Shown piece by piece: positions 32,985 to 42,564 of a stretch of DNA of 56,202 nucleotides (the stretch's first letter is position 1; each line of letters opens with the position of its first letter). Origin of the DNA: an uncultured bacterium (lineage in GTDB: Bacteria > Patescibacteriota > Minisyncoccia > Phycocordibacterales > PALSA-1337). The position numbers and the translations under genes were made by a program. Location of the stretch: assembly GCA_903842025.1 (NCBI GenBank), contig CAIMKX010000048.1:1-56202 (forward strand), written 5' to 3'. The notes below the pieces were generated by a model. It searched no databases and had not been told where the DNA came from. It worked only from the letters and a program-made list of their open reading frames with translations.

Positions 32985-34418
32985 CAACTTCCCTATCGCT
33001 TTTTCAATTCTGGCCAAGGATTCAACCTTACCAAGTATGAAAGCCGACATGAAAGGATCTGGAGATTTTTCCTGGCCAGTCAGAGCGACCCGAAGAGGCC
33101 AGAGGACGTCTCCCCTGCCTTTGTCCTCGGCATATTTCCAGAGTGACTCTTTGATCGTTTCGGCGGTGAACTTATCGGTATCAATCGAAGTTAATGTTTC
33201 CTTGGCAAAAGCTAAATGTTTGGCTGCCTCTTCCCTGCTAGGATTTTTCTTCCAAAGAAGCATGTCAGCCAGATAATCAGATAATTCTCTTACAAAACCA
33301 AGTTCACTTCCCCTTTCGAACATTGGCCCAATTTCTCCAAAAGTCGAAACTTTTTCTCTGAGAAGTTGTCTGAGCCGTGCGTATTCATCTTTCATATCTG
33401 CCAACCATTCAGGGACAAAATTTTTGGAATGTTGGTCGAATTCGACGTCTGATAATTTATTGATATATTCCTTGTTGAACCAATTGAGCTTTTCGATGTC
33501 GAAAACAGCGCCACCCTTTTGTATCCTTTCAAGGGTAAACTCACTGATCAGTTCCGGGACATTCATGACCTCCTTATCTCTGGTCGGATGCCAGCCAAGT
33601 AAAGTCAAATAATTGAACAATGCTTCAGGCATATATCCTTCAGCTCTATACTCCAAAACATCTTTGGCTCCATCACGTTTGCCCAATTTCTTGGTCCTAT
33701 CATCGCGCAGGATCGGCGGTAAAGTAGCGAAAAGCGGAGGTTTAATGCCTAATGCGTCATAAAGGCTAAGGAATCTCGGGGTGCTGGAAATGAATTCATC
33801 TGCTCGAAAGACATGTGTTATACCCATTTCATAATCATCGATTATGTGAGCAAAATTGTAGGTCGGGAAACCGTCGCTCTTGATCAAAACAAAGTCATCC
33901 AAGGCGGCTTCTCCTGCTTCGAGATCGCCCCTTACAATATCATGCCATTTGTATTTCTTTATTTCCGAAACTTTGAGACGGAGAGGCTTAGTCCCATCCC
34001 ATTTTTGAAACGTTTCTGGTCGATGTTCCCGGTAAAGAAAGGGTTTTTTTTCAGCTTCTGCAGTTTTACGAAAAGCTTCAACTTCTTCTTTTGTGTATGG
34101 ATCCGGATAAGCCAAACCTTTCTTTTCTAGTTCCAAGGCATATTTCTTATATATCTCAAGTCTTTCTGACTGGATACAGGAGCCAAAAGGACCTGGTTTA
34201 TCTGGACCATAATTCCAATCAATGCCAAACCAAGAGAGTGCTTCTTTGATATGTTCGACAGATCCTGGCACCAATCTTTCCTGATCCGTGTCTTCAATGC
34301 GTAGAATGAACGTACCATCGTTCTTTTTGACCCAAAGATATGCAAATAGGGCCGTGCGAACACCGCCTATATGCATGAAGCCGGTCGGACTAGGCGCAAA
34401 CCTGGTAATGATTTTCAT
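32979..34418 (-). CDS. gltX: Glutamyl-tRNA synthetase
   Basis: 479 aa. RFAPSPTGFMHIGGVRTALF (HIGH) and KLGKRDG (KMSKS-like). Confidence 0.92.
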   Translation of the reverse strand: MKIITRFAPSPTGFMHIGGVRTALFAYLWVKKNDGTFILRIEDTDQERLVPGSVEHIKEALSWFGIDWNYGPDKPGPFGSCIQSERLEIYKKYALELEKKGLAYPDPYTKEEVEAFRKTAEAEKKPFLYREHRPETFQKWDGTKPLRLKVSEIKKYKWHDIVRGDLEAGEAALDDFVLIKSDGFPTYNFAHIIDDYEMGITHVFRADEFISSTPRFLSLYDALGIKPPLFATLPPILRDDRTKKLGKRDGAKDVLEYRAEGYMPEALFNYLTLLGWHPTRDKEVMNVPELISEFTLERIQKGGAVFDIEKLNWFNKEYINKLSDVEFDQHSKNFVPEWLADMKDEYARLRQLLREKVSTFGEIGPMFERGSELGFVRELSDYLADMLLWKKNPSREEAAKHLAFAKETLTSIDTDKFTAETIKESLWKYAEDKGRGDVLWPLRVALTGQEKSPDPFMSAFILGKVESLARIEKAIGKLK

Positions 34419-34446
34419 AAGTTGATTTTAGCACATTTTTTCAGAG

Positions 34447-34527
34447 GTAGGAGTTAAGAGCTAGGAGATAAGAAAATCGCAGATTTCGCTGCGATTTTCT
34501 AGTCCCTAGTCCCTAAAAACTAGTCCC
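34447..34527. repeat. Composite intergenic block: gaggtagg low-complexity segment, terminator hairpin (34472-34497), and tagggactag-family copy 2 (34498-34527)
   Basis: gaggtaggagttaagagctaggagataag; aaaatcgcag-atttcg-ctgcgatttt; ctagtccctagtccctaaaaactagtccct abutting the stop of 34527-35027. Confidence 0.8.
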
Positions 34528-35027
34528 TATCCTTTGAGTCCAGCTCCAACACTCGATGAAGCTTTGAAGACTTTCATGATGACATTGCCGTTGGCATCCT
34601 TGAGAGGCAAATCATTGGTAGCGTTGAAAGTACCTGTACCGTCGTCAGTGAAGACAACGGCGTAATAAGTGGCACCATCAATCATCGGCTGAGACAGAGT
34701 GATCTTGCCCGGGTTGATGCCCGCTTCAAAATGAGCGGAACCGATGATCTTGCCGGGCACGCCGGCATTGTCGGTTTGAATGACGACCCAACTAGGATTG
34801 GCGACCTGAACGGAAGACAGGTAAACGACATTGCCCGGATACTGGTCAGTCATGACTATGCGATTGAGGTCGGTCTGATTCTGGCTAGCAACAGGCGTCT
34901 GCTCTGTCGTGGCCGGATTTTGGCCTCCTTTGCCGCCAAAGACGATGACTCCGATGACGATAATAATGATAATGACAATGACAGTCACTACCCACTGCCA
35001 TGTCTTGATTCCACTTGAAGGTTCCAT
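34527..35027 (-). CDS. Hypothetical membrane-anchored extracytoplasmic protein (166 aa)
   Basis: N-terminal TM WVVTVIVIIIIIVIGVIVFGG, then a beta-rich domain. Confidence 0.55.
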   Translation of the reverse strand: MEPSSGIKTWQWVVTVIVIIIIIVIGVIVFGGKGGQNPATTEQTPVASQNQTDLNRIVMTDQYPGNVVYLSSVQVANPSWVVIQTDNAGVPGKIIGSAHFEAGINPGKITLSQPMIDGATYYAVVFTDDGTGTFNATNDLPLKDANGNVIMKVFKASSSVGAGLKG

Positions 35028-35175
35028 ATGTTTATGATGTAATAATAATCTAGTAAATCGACTTTATTGACGTCTCAAAGCCTATCACAATTACTGCGAA
35101 ATGGCCATATGCAAATAGTGCGATGCCAATATACGAATTCGTGCCAATGATACGAATAATGCGGCATTAAATCCG

Positions 35176-36306
35176 TCACTTTTCATGAGAAAGCGCCAAA
35201 TCCAATAGGGCGTCTGCGACGACGGAAGCGCTGTCGAGACGGGCAAAACTTTTGGCTTTTTCACGCATCTGACCATTGATTTCCGCAGAGTTGGAAATGC
35301 GGGCTATTTCTTCTATAAGAACATGAGCCGAAAGGTTATTTTCCTCAATGACCGAGGCGGCACCAGTCCGTCCATAGGCCAGGGCATTGGCCGCCTGGTC
35401 GTGAGAGATCGAATTTGGCAAAGGTATGATTATTGACGGCACACCCCAAGCCGCTATCTCAAATATCGTCGAACCGGCTCGAGAGACTATCACCGAAGCC
35501 ACGCCGGCGGACATGCGAAGGGCCAATTCTCCAAGATAATCAAAAGGATGATAGCGATACGAATATTGGTGGTCCTTGAGGACAAAAGAGGAAGTCGTCT
35601 TGATCTCGTCAAAATTGTTGCGGCCAGTCTGGTGAATCACCTGAAAAGTATTGAGCAATTCCGGCAAGGCGGCCATAATGATGTCATTGATGATTTGCGA
35701 GCCTTGCGAACCGCCAAGAATGACGACGACCGGTATATTTGACTCGAGATTCAGGAATTCATTGGCGCCGTTGCTCAAAGGCTGTGTGATCTCCGTACGA
35801 ATGGGATTACCGGTTATAGCGATCCGATCCTTGTGCTTGAAATAACTGGCCGCTTCCGGATACGATAAGGCGATCTTTTGGGCATACATTCCGGACAGCC
35901 TGTTCACTATTCCGGGCCGGCTATCGGATTCATGGATAATGACCGGAATATTCAAAATGCCGGCGGCAATGACAGACGGAAAGGCTCCATAGCCGCCCTT
36001 TGAGAAGACGACATCCGGATAGATGAAGTACATCCTGACCAGAGCGACAAGGCAACCCCAGATCGTCTTGAAGAAATCGCTGAAATTCAGGATCGAAAAA
36101 TACCGTCGAAATTTGCCTGACTGTATGGACACGAATTCCACGCCATTCTCAAAGAGACTGTGCTGGTTATAAGGCGTCGGCGCCATGTAGTAGAGCTTGG
36201 GTGAAAAGATCTTCCTCTCTTTTACTTTTTCTCGTACAGCCTCAGCGACTGCCACGATTGGATAGAAATGACCGCCAGTTCCGCCACCAGTAAAAAGAAT
36301 CTTCAT
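35176..36306 (-). CDS. murG: UDP-GlcNAc:undecaprenyl-PP-MurNAc-pentapeptide GlcNAc transferase
   Basis: 376 aa. KILFTGGGTGGHFYPIVAVAEA N-terminus and GGSQGSQ motif. Confidence 0.9.
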   Translation of the reverse strand: MKILFTGGGTGGHFYPIVAVAEAVREKVKERKIFSPKLYYMAPTPYNQHSLFENGVEFVSIQSGKFRRYFSILNFSDFFKTIWGCLVALVRMYFIYPDVVFSKGGYGAFPSVIAAGILNIPVIIHESDSRPGIVNRLSGMYAQKIALSYPEAASYFKHKDRIAITGNPIRTEITQPLSNGANEFLNLESNIPVVVILGGSQGSQIINDIIMAALPELLNTFQVIHQTGRNNFDEIKTTSSFVLKDHQYSYRYHPFDYLGELALRMSAGVASVIVSRAGSTIFEIAAWGVPSIIIPLPNSISHDQAANALAYGRTGAASVIEENNLSAHVLIEEIARISNSAEINGQMREKAKSFARLDSASVVADALLDLALSHEK

Positions 36307-37412
36307 ATACGAAGTATTTTACTATACTTTGAAACATTAGCCACCATGCCGGCAGTCATCAAAGAGATAATGAGAGCAGTGCCGCCATGGCTCACAAAGA
36401 GCAGAGGCACACCGGAAAGAGGTATGAGACCCAACATAGCGGCGATATTCATGAATGATTCGGTGATGATAAGAATGGCGATGCCAATGGCCAATAAGCC
36501 GCCAAAAACATCCGGCGCGCGATTGCCTATCCGGAACATGCTTATGGCCAAGAGCAGGTACAAGCCGAGTAGGACTACGCCGCCGACAAAGCCGAATTCC
36601 TCGGCGGCCACGGCGAAAATCGAATCGTCAGTCGGTTGCGGCAGATAGCCGAATTTCTGGATGCTTTGGCCGAAACCGCGGCCGACCAGTTGACCGGAAC
36701 CGATCGCGATAAGAGACTGATTGATCTGATAACCAGAACCGCTGGTGTCGGAACCTCTATTAAAGAACGTCTGGACACGATCAAGCGCATATGGCCGGAA
36801 ATAAACGACTCCCGCAATGACGATTCCCAAACAACAAAAAGCGATAATAATATGTTTAATAGGAACACCGGCGACGAACATCATCAGCAAACCTGTGCCA
36901 GCAATGATGGCCAAGGTATCGGTGTCGCGTTGGATCAAAAGCAAGACGCCAAGAACGCCAATTATTATCAGGTAAGGAATCAGTCCGGTTTTGACGTCCT
37001 TTATCTCATCTTTGGCGAAATGGGCCCAAGCGGCAAGGTATATTATGAAAGCGATTTTTAACAATTCCGATGGTTGGAATGTTAAGGGTCCGAAAATGAG
37101 CCAACGTGAAGCGCCGTTGAAGTGAAGCGTCAGGCTCGGTATGAACAAAAGAAGATTTACGGCCAAAGCGCCAAGCAGGATGAACAGGGCAAATTTTCTG
37201 AGATTATTGTAATGAATTCTGGAGAATATTATGAAAAATACGATGCCAATGGCAAGGCTTATGGCTTGTTTGATAGCTACAGTGCCAAAACTTGCTCCGG
37301 TTTGAGCAAGTAAACCCAGTGAAGCTGAGAGGAATATTGTGAAGCCGGCCAATGTCAAAACTCCCACGGTGATGAGAAAGAATTTGTCGATTTTGCGAGT
37401 GTGATTGGACAT
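36303..37412 (-). CDS. ftsW: SEDS family protein (FtsW/RodA)
   Basis: 369 aa, polytopic. QPSELLK and PLLFVSHGGTAL-type motifs. 4-nt overlap with murG. Confidence 0.85.
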   Translation of the reverse strand: MSNHTRKIDKFFLITVGVLTLAGFTIFLSASLGLLAQTGASFGTVAIKQAISLAIGIVFFIIFSRIHYNNLRKFALFILLGALAVNLLLFIPSLTLHFNGASRWLIFGPLTFQPSELLKIAFIIYLAAWAHFAKDEIKDVKTGLIPYLIIIGVLGVLLLIQRDTDTLAIIAGTGLLMMFVAGVPIKHIIIAFCCLGIVIAGVVYFRPYALDRVQTFFNRGSDTSGSGYQINQSLIAIGSGQLVGRGFGQSIQKFGYLPQPTDDSIFAVAAEEFGFVGGVVLLGLYLLLAISMFRIGNRAPDVFGGLLAIGIAILIITESFMNIAAMLGLIPLSGVPLLFVSHGGTALIISLMTAGMVANVSKYSKILRI

Positions 37413-37416
37413 GAGA

Positions 37417-37544
37417 AATTCCTAATTGACCTAATTTCTAATTACTAAGAAATACCCAAGCACCAATTTCAAAATAATGTAAATTGATTTAAGCATTCGG
37501 GTTTGGTCATTTCTTAAAAATTAGGTAATTAGGAATTAGGAATT
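37417..37544. repeat. Low-complexity long hairpin (aattcctaatt family) between ftsW and scpB
   Basis: aattcctaattgacctaatttctaattactaag ... cttaaaaattaggtaattaggaattaggaatt. The right arm contains the scpB stop codon. Confidence 0.8.
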
Positions 37545-38120
37545 TGCCACCACCTCTTTCACTTCACCCTCCTCTTCCTTACTCATCTTCTTGAACGCCT
37601 CAATCTCTTTCTTGACCTGCTCATATTCTGGCAAATCCTCGATCTTTGAAGTCCCTAAATGCGAAAGGAGTGTCAGGGTCGGCTTATAAAGAAAACTTCT
37701 TGCATCGCCAGGATTGTCGACCCTTTCAACCAACCCTCGTATCATTAGATTTCTCACAATAAACTGCGAATTGACCCCACGAATATAATCGATGTCTGCT
37801 CTAGAAATTGGTCCTTGATACAAGATTATCGAAAGTGTTTCCAGGCCAGCTTTGCCCAAGTCACGAGAAAGCTCCTCTTTAGCAATCTTTTCGATAAGAG
37901 GTGAAAGTTCCTTGGCGGTGCCAAGCATGACTTCGTCGTTTGTTTGGACCAATGATAACCCGCGACCTTTCAGATTGTTTTCAAGTTGTTTAAGTCCTTC
38001 TTTGACAGAATTCTCGTCAACTTCCAATACTGAAGACAATTTTTTTATCGTTACAGGCTCAGCTTTCCAGAAAAGGATGGCTTCGAGTTTGGTTGAGAGA
38101 TCAGAAGAAATAGTTTCCAT
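37536..38120 (-). CDS. scpB: Segregation and condensation protein B
   Basis: 194 aa. LEAILFWKAEPVTIKKL... and GRGLSLVQ motifs. Confidence 0.85.
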   Translation of the reverse strand: METISSDLSTKLEAILFWKAEPVTIKKLSSVLEVDENSVKEGLKQLENNLKGRGLSLVQTNDEVMLGTAKELSPLIEKIAKEELSRDLGKAGLETLSIILYQGPISRADIDYIRGVNSQFIVRNLMIRGLVERVDNPGDARSFLYKPTLTLLSHLGTSKIEDLPEYEQVKKEIEAFKKMSKEEEGEVKEVVANS

Positions 38121-38166
38121 GGGGTTATTATACTAGGAATCTGAAAACTCTGACAGACCTTTGTTT

Positions 38167-38196
38167 TTGTCATTCCCGCGAAAGCTGGAATGACAA
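38167..38196. repeat. gtcattcccgcgaa-ggaatgac REP-like hairpin, copy 1
   Basis: ttgtcattcccgcgaaagctggaatgacaa. Confidence 0.85.
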
Positions 38197-38238
38197 CGAT
38201 ATGCAATTCACCAATAACTATTAACCATTTACCATTAA

Positions 38239-38958
38239 CTAATACCTAGGGACGCCAACATCCTTTGTTTCCATAACAATATCGCCAAAATTTGATTCCT
38301 GAGAAACCTGAATAACGCCCAATTTGACCATTTCGAGCATGGCGAGGAAGCTAACGATCACATTTACTCGATTGCCGCGATGCTCACCAGAAAAATCCTT
38401 GAAACTCATGCGGAGGGTGCTAGTGATACGAGTTGTGAGAGTGCTCATCATGTCTTCAAGGCTGATGACTTTGCGGACTAAAGCTTTCGGCAACGATTCC
38501 TTCTTTGGCAACCGCCTAATTAAGTCGTTTATACATTCCAAAGCCTTAGAAAGATTAAACTCCGGATCTGGCGTGAAGATGATTGTCTGCGGTCTCGATT
38601 GAGAAGGTGGAAAAATTACCTGATCACCGAATAATTTAGCGACGTGAACAGCGGCATCCTTAATGCGCTTGTAGATCTTTAGGCGAGTTTCTAGGTCTTG
38701 AATGTTCTCTTGTTCTTCATCAGTCAAGGATAATTCGGGAAGAAGGGACTTGGACTTGATCAAAAGCAAAGTCGAAGCGATTAAAATGAAATGTGCCGAC
38801 TCCCCCATAGGCATATTCTGGAACTGCCGAATATGCTCAATGAAGTCATCCGTGACTTTGGCGAGCGAAATGTCGCTGATGAAAAGTTTACGCTTCTCAA
38901 TAAGATCCAAAAGCAGATCAAGAGGACCTTCGAATGATTGAGTTTTGACGGTGAACAT
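38239..38958 (-). CDS. scpA: Segregation and condensation protein A
   Basis: 239 aa. FEGPLDLLLDLIEKRKLFISDISLAKVTDDF. Confidence 0.85.
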   Translation of the reverse strand: MFTVKTQSFEGPLDLLLDLIEKRKLFISDISLAKVTDDFIEHIRQFQNMPMGESAHFILIASTLLLIKSKSLLPELSLTDEEQENIQDLETRLKIYKRIKDAAVHVAKLFGDQVIFPPSQSRPQTIIFTPDPEFNLSKALECINDLIRRLPKKESLPKALVRKVISLEDMMSTLTTRITSTLRMSFKDFSGEHRGNRVNVIVSFLAMLEMVKLGVIQVSQESNFGDIVMETKDVGVPRY

Positions 38959-38980
38959 TTTATTCGAAATTTATTGACCT

Positions 38981-39061
38981 GCGCCCTCTTGGCGGGACAA
39001 GTGTCGCTCCGATTCTCGCTTCGCTCGAATTACGCGACACTTTTCCCGCATGAGAGGGCGC
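38981..39061. repeat. 81-nt conserved three-tier hairpin element, copy 1
   Basis: gcgccctcttggcgggacaagtgtcgc...gcgacacttttcccgcatgagagggcgc. Near-identical to 50109-50191, with a compensatory base-pair change. Confidence 0.9.
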
Positions 39062-39083
39062 GAATATTGCCACGTGAATTCAA

Positions 39084-40031
39084 TTAAATAACACCAATTT
39101 TTTCTTTGACCTCCAGCAACTTCTTCGACGCGATCTCATTGGCCATAATACTCCCCTGTTTAAGAATCTCGGCAACAGTATTTTCATTCTTGGCCAATTC
39201 CGCGCGTCTTTCCATAAGCGGTTTTACATATGCGTCAATGTCGTCGATCAAGGCTTCTTTGAGTTTTTTGTATTTACCGGAATTTTCCTCGTAGAACTTT
39301 TTAAGGCTCGTCTCGGTCCGGAAGAGCTTATGAATGGCGTAGACGTTTTCTGGAATACCAGCGCTGGAATCGGTGACAATACTCATAACGGCCCTGGTGA
39401 TCTCCTCGCGAGTGGCGAAAAGAGGAATGGTGTTGCCATAACTCTTGGACATTTTGCGGCCATCGGTTCCGGGTACAGTGGCGACGTATTCAAGGATAAG
39501 GGCATCGGGTAGTTTGAATGTCTCGCCAAAGGTATTGTTAAATTTCTCGGCAATATTCCTGGCATATTCAACATGCTGTTTCTGATCCTGACCGACCGGA
39601 ACGACGTCGGTGCCGTAAAGCAGGATGTCGGCGGCCATAAGAACGGGATAATTGAAGGTGCCCACATTGATCTCTTTGTTCTTGGCCTCAGCATCCTTGT
39701 AGGCATGAGCGCGCATGAGATACGGCATTGTGACTATGGTGTCAAAGATCCAGCAAAGTTCGGTATGGGCAGAGACGTCAGACTGCTTGAAAAGCACGGA
39801 TTTGGCCGGATTTAGGCCAATGGCGAGGTAATCTAGAGCCAAGTCCAAAGTTAGTCGTTCTAGCTCATTTTTGTCCTGAATGAGATTCAGAGCATGGTAA
39901 TCGGCGATAAACAGATGGCAAGTGTAATCACCGCCATTTTGGAGGTCGACAAACTGCTTCATCGCGCCGAAATAATTGCCGATATGCGGCCGACCGGTCG
40001 GTTTGACGCCGGAGAGTAATGTCTTCTTCAT
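39084..40031 (-). CDS. trpS: Tryptophanyl-tRNA synthetase
   Basis: 315 aa. KPTGRPHIGNYFGA (HIGH-like) and KMSKS. Confidence 0.92.
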   Translation of the reverse strand: MKKTLLSGVKPTGRPHIGNYFGAMKQFVDLQNGGDYTCHLFIADYHALNLIQDKNELERLTLDLALDYLAIGLNPAKSVLFKQSDVSAHTELCWIFDTIVTMPYLMRAHAYKDAEAKNKEINVGTFNYPVLMAADILLYGTDVVPVGQDQKQHVEYARNIAEKFNNTFGETFKLPDALILEYVATVPGTDGRKMSKSYGNTIPLFATREEITRAVMSIVTDSSAGIPENVYAIHKLFRTETSLKKFYEENSGKYKKLKEALIDDIDAYVKPLMERRAELAKNENTVAEILKQGSIMANEIASKKLLEVKEKIGVI

Positions 40032-40060
40032 CAGCAGATTATATCAGATTGTCCTGTTTT

Positions 40061-40090
40061 TTGTCATTCCCGCGAAGGCGGGAATGACAA
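40061..40090. repeat. gtcattcccgcgaa-ggaatgac REP-like hairpin, copy 2
   Basis: ttgtcattcccgcgaaggcgggaatgacaa. Confidence 0.85.
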
Positions 40091-40111
40091 ACGATAAGTG
40101 TCCTTGAAATA

Positions 40112-41263
40112 CTAAATTCCCTCCCTCCTCAGCTCCTCAATCATCCTTTTCGCCTCTTTAGAAAGTTTCTTCGGCATGCTTATATGTATCTTAATAAGCA
40201 AATCGCCGCGATCACTGCGGGTACTAGGCACTCCTTTGCCTTTGATCCGAAGTACATCATTATTGTTTGTTCCTTCAGGGATTTTGACGATCAAATCACC
40301 ATCCAATGATCTTAATGTAATATCGCCGCCGGTAAGCGCTTGGGTAAGCTTGATCGTCAGCTCGGTGACGAGATTGGCGCCCTCCTTTCTGATAAATAGA
40401 TGTGGCTTGACGTGAACTTTGACATAGAGGTCGCCGCTCACACCAAAAGGCACCGCTTCCCCCATTCCACTAAGACGCATGGACTGACCATCTTCAATAC
40501 CTGACGGAACCTTGATGTTGATCTCCTGCGGCCGCTCCTGGACCCCTGTGCCGTGACAGGTTGAACATTTGGCAGAAGGCACTTCGCCGAGACCGTGGCA
40601 ATTATCACAAACCTTACTCGTGTTAATGACTCCGAGGAATGAACGACGAGATTCGCTAACACGTCCGTGACCGTTGCAGACTTTGCATTTTTCTTTCGTT
40701 GCGCCTCTCTCCGCGCCACTTCCTTCACAAGTCAGACACTTGGACGTTTTCGTGACAACGAAGTCCTTGCTTGCGCCAAATATTGATTCTTCAAATGAAA
40801 TCGTCAGATCAATGGAAATATCACTACCCCTTTCATCAACCGCACGTCTTGAGCTTGATCTCGATGAGCCAGTCGAACGGCCGGATCGTCCGCCGAAGAA
40901 GTCGCCAAATATATCTCCAAGATCAAATTCAAAGCCTTGGCCGTTGCCCTGAGTAAAACCTGAGAAATCGAAACCGCCGAAGTCCTGAGGATTGAATCCG
41001 CCAAAGCCGCTTGCTCCTCCGGATCCATTATTGAAACCTGCTCCTCCTGGTCCGCCGGAACCAAACATGTCATATTGCTTGCGCTTATTGTCGTCCGACA
41101 ACACCGAATATGCCTCGCTGGCATCCTTGAATTTCTGGGCCGAAGCGGGATCATTTTTGTTCTTGTCGGGATGATGCTGGTGAGCGACCTTATGAAAGGC
41201 CTTCTTGATCTCATCCCTTGAGGCGCCTTTCTCGACGCCGAGAGTTTTGTAGTAGTCTTTCAT
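40112..41263 (-). CDS. dnaJ: Molecular chaperone DnaJ
   Basis: 383 aa. J domain with HPDKN, G/F-rich region, four CxxCxGxG zinc motifs. Confidence 0.93.
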   Translation of the reverse strand: MKDYYKTLGVEKGASRDEIKKAFHKVAHQHHPDKNKNDPASAQKFKDASEAYSVLSDDNKRKQYDMFGSGGPGGAGFNNGSGGASGFGGFNPQDFGGFDFSGFTQGNGQGFEFDLGDIFGDFFGGRSGRSTGSSRSSSRRAVDERGSDISIDLTISFEESIFGASKDFVVTKTSKCLTCEGSGAERGATKEKCKVCNGHGRVSESRRSFLGVINTSKVCDNCHGLGEVPSAKCSTCHGTGVQERPQEINIKVPSGIEDGQSMRLSGMGEAVPFGVSGDLYVKVHVKPHLFIRKEGANLVTELTIKLTQALTGGDITLRSLDGDLIVKIPEGTNNNDVLRIKGKGVPSTRSDRGDLLIKIHISMPKKLSKEAKRMIEELRREGI

Positions 41264-41271
41264 GATTGTAA

Positions 41272-41667
41272 TTATAATCTATAAAACTTTTTATAGTGGG
41301 CCTTTAATTCCGTTAACTTCGAATCCGATACATTCTGAATGCGTGCAAAAATCCGTTTTGGCGATATGGTTCGAGCCTGATGAATACATACGGAAACATT
41401 TCTTCCATCTGCAAGACAAAACGGAATATACCCGGGTGCCTTTTTGACGCTGGTTGTCATTGGAAATACTAAAGCGAGTTTGTCAGAAAACATATCTGCA
41501 ATCAGACATGGCCGATTGAATGATTCACCCTTGCCATCCATTTCAGATCCGATATTGACGCCAATCGATACCCAGCGTATTTCACCTGCGCGACAAAAGA
41601 TACCCGAATCATCATTATTTAGGTGCTTTTTCACACTGTTCCATTTGTCGAAACATTTAATATACAT
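41272..41667 (-). CDS. PemK/MazF-like toxin-fold protein, with no adjacent antitoxin ORF seen
   Basis: 131 aa. GEIRWVSIGVNIGSEMDG...RPCLI...VFPMTTS...HQARTISPKR resembles the MazF/PemK pattern. Ends 8 nt before the dnaJ start. Confidence 0.55.
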   Translation of the reverse strand: MYIKCFDKWNSVKKHLNNDDSGIFCRAGEIRWVSIGVNIGSEMDGKGESFNRPCLIADMFSDKLALVFPMTTSVKKAPGYIPFCLADGRNVSVCIHQARTISPKRIFARIQNVSDSKLTELKAHYKKFYRL

Positions 41668-41976
41668 ATTTGCCGTTTACGCACCGTTTAAACCCTTTTT
41701 ATTTGCGGTCTGCCGAAGCAAACCGCTGACGCCCGAAGGCGAACTGTGCCTTTAGACTATCAAATTTTATCAATTTGTCAATGCAACTAACTTTACAAGA
41801 CAAGCCATCAAAGATTATCTCTGATTGTTGCTACAATTTTACACTTGGTAAAACGAGAGTAAACTTGACAGTGGTGCTCTAGTCATGTTAGCCTCACATT
41901 GAATTACTGAATTTCAGTTAGCGAGGTATTGGAATATCTCGTCAGCAGAAAATTGAAAAAAAATCAGGAGTTTTCT

Positions 41977-42240
41977 ATGCTTACAGCCGAAGATCTGAAA
42001 AGAAACTTTAAGGCCGTACCTCACCCATCACCGGTGCCTGAAGAAGGTATGTTTTGGTTGAATCCCGATGTTGAACTTGTATCAGTAGTCGATTCGGTAG
42101 GTCATGGACCAAAGAAAGGTAAACATGTCCACGCTTGGATATTTTACGACAGCACTGGTAAATATCCGAATATGGTTCAACTTCGTGAACATACGTTTTG
42201 GTGGGAACTTGGATGGTTTGAACTAGCAACGAAATCGTGA
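41977..42240 (+). CDS. Hypothetical protein (87 aa)
   Basis: The ATG at 41977 is preceded by aggag. The ORF-track start at 41929 lacks an RBS. Confidence 0.45.
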   Translation: MLTAEDLKRNFKAVPHPSPVPEEGMFWLNPDVELVSVVDSVGHGPKKGKHVHAWIFYDSTGKYPNMVQLREHTFWWELGWFELATKS

Positions 42241-42334
42241 ATCGTGAATCACAAAGATCCTTCGCTTGCTCTCCCGAGCTTTGCTTAAACGCAAGTCTCC
42301 GAAGAGCTGCGAGGGTCCTTTTTTATCCAAACCA

Positions 42335-42548
42335 AAAGTGACGAAATTTTTCGTCACTTTTGAGAACTCAGAAAATCCCCCGGCCTACCGGCCACCCCCT
42401 TTTTCAAAGGGGGATTTTCCATCGAACACTTCTCTTTACATAACACCCAGAGACTTGAAAAACTTCAAGCGATATCTATTCAATAACATCCCGTTGGAGG
42501 ATCCCCCCTTTGAAAAAGGGGGTGCCCCGAAGGGGCGGGGGATTTTTA
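42335..42548. repeat. Multi-hairpin repeat block, copy A (downstream of dnaK)
   Basis: aaagtgacgaaatttttcgtcacttt terminator palindrome, then aaaatccccc...gggggatttt hairpins. Shares a 35-nt and a 26-nt exact block with 44958-45220. Confidence 0.85.
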
Positions 42549-42564
42549 ATCTGGTCTGCGCATC

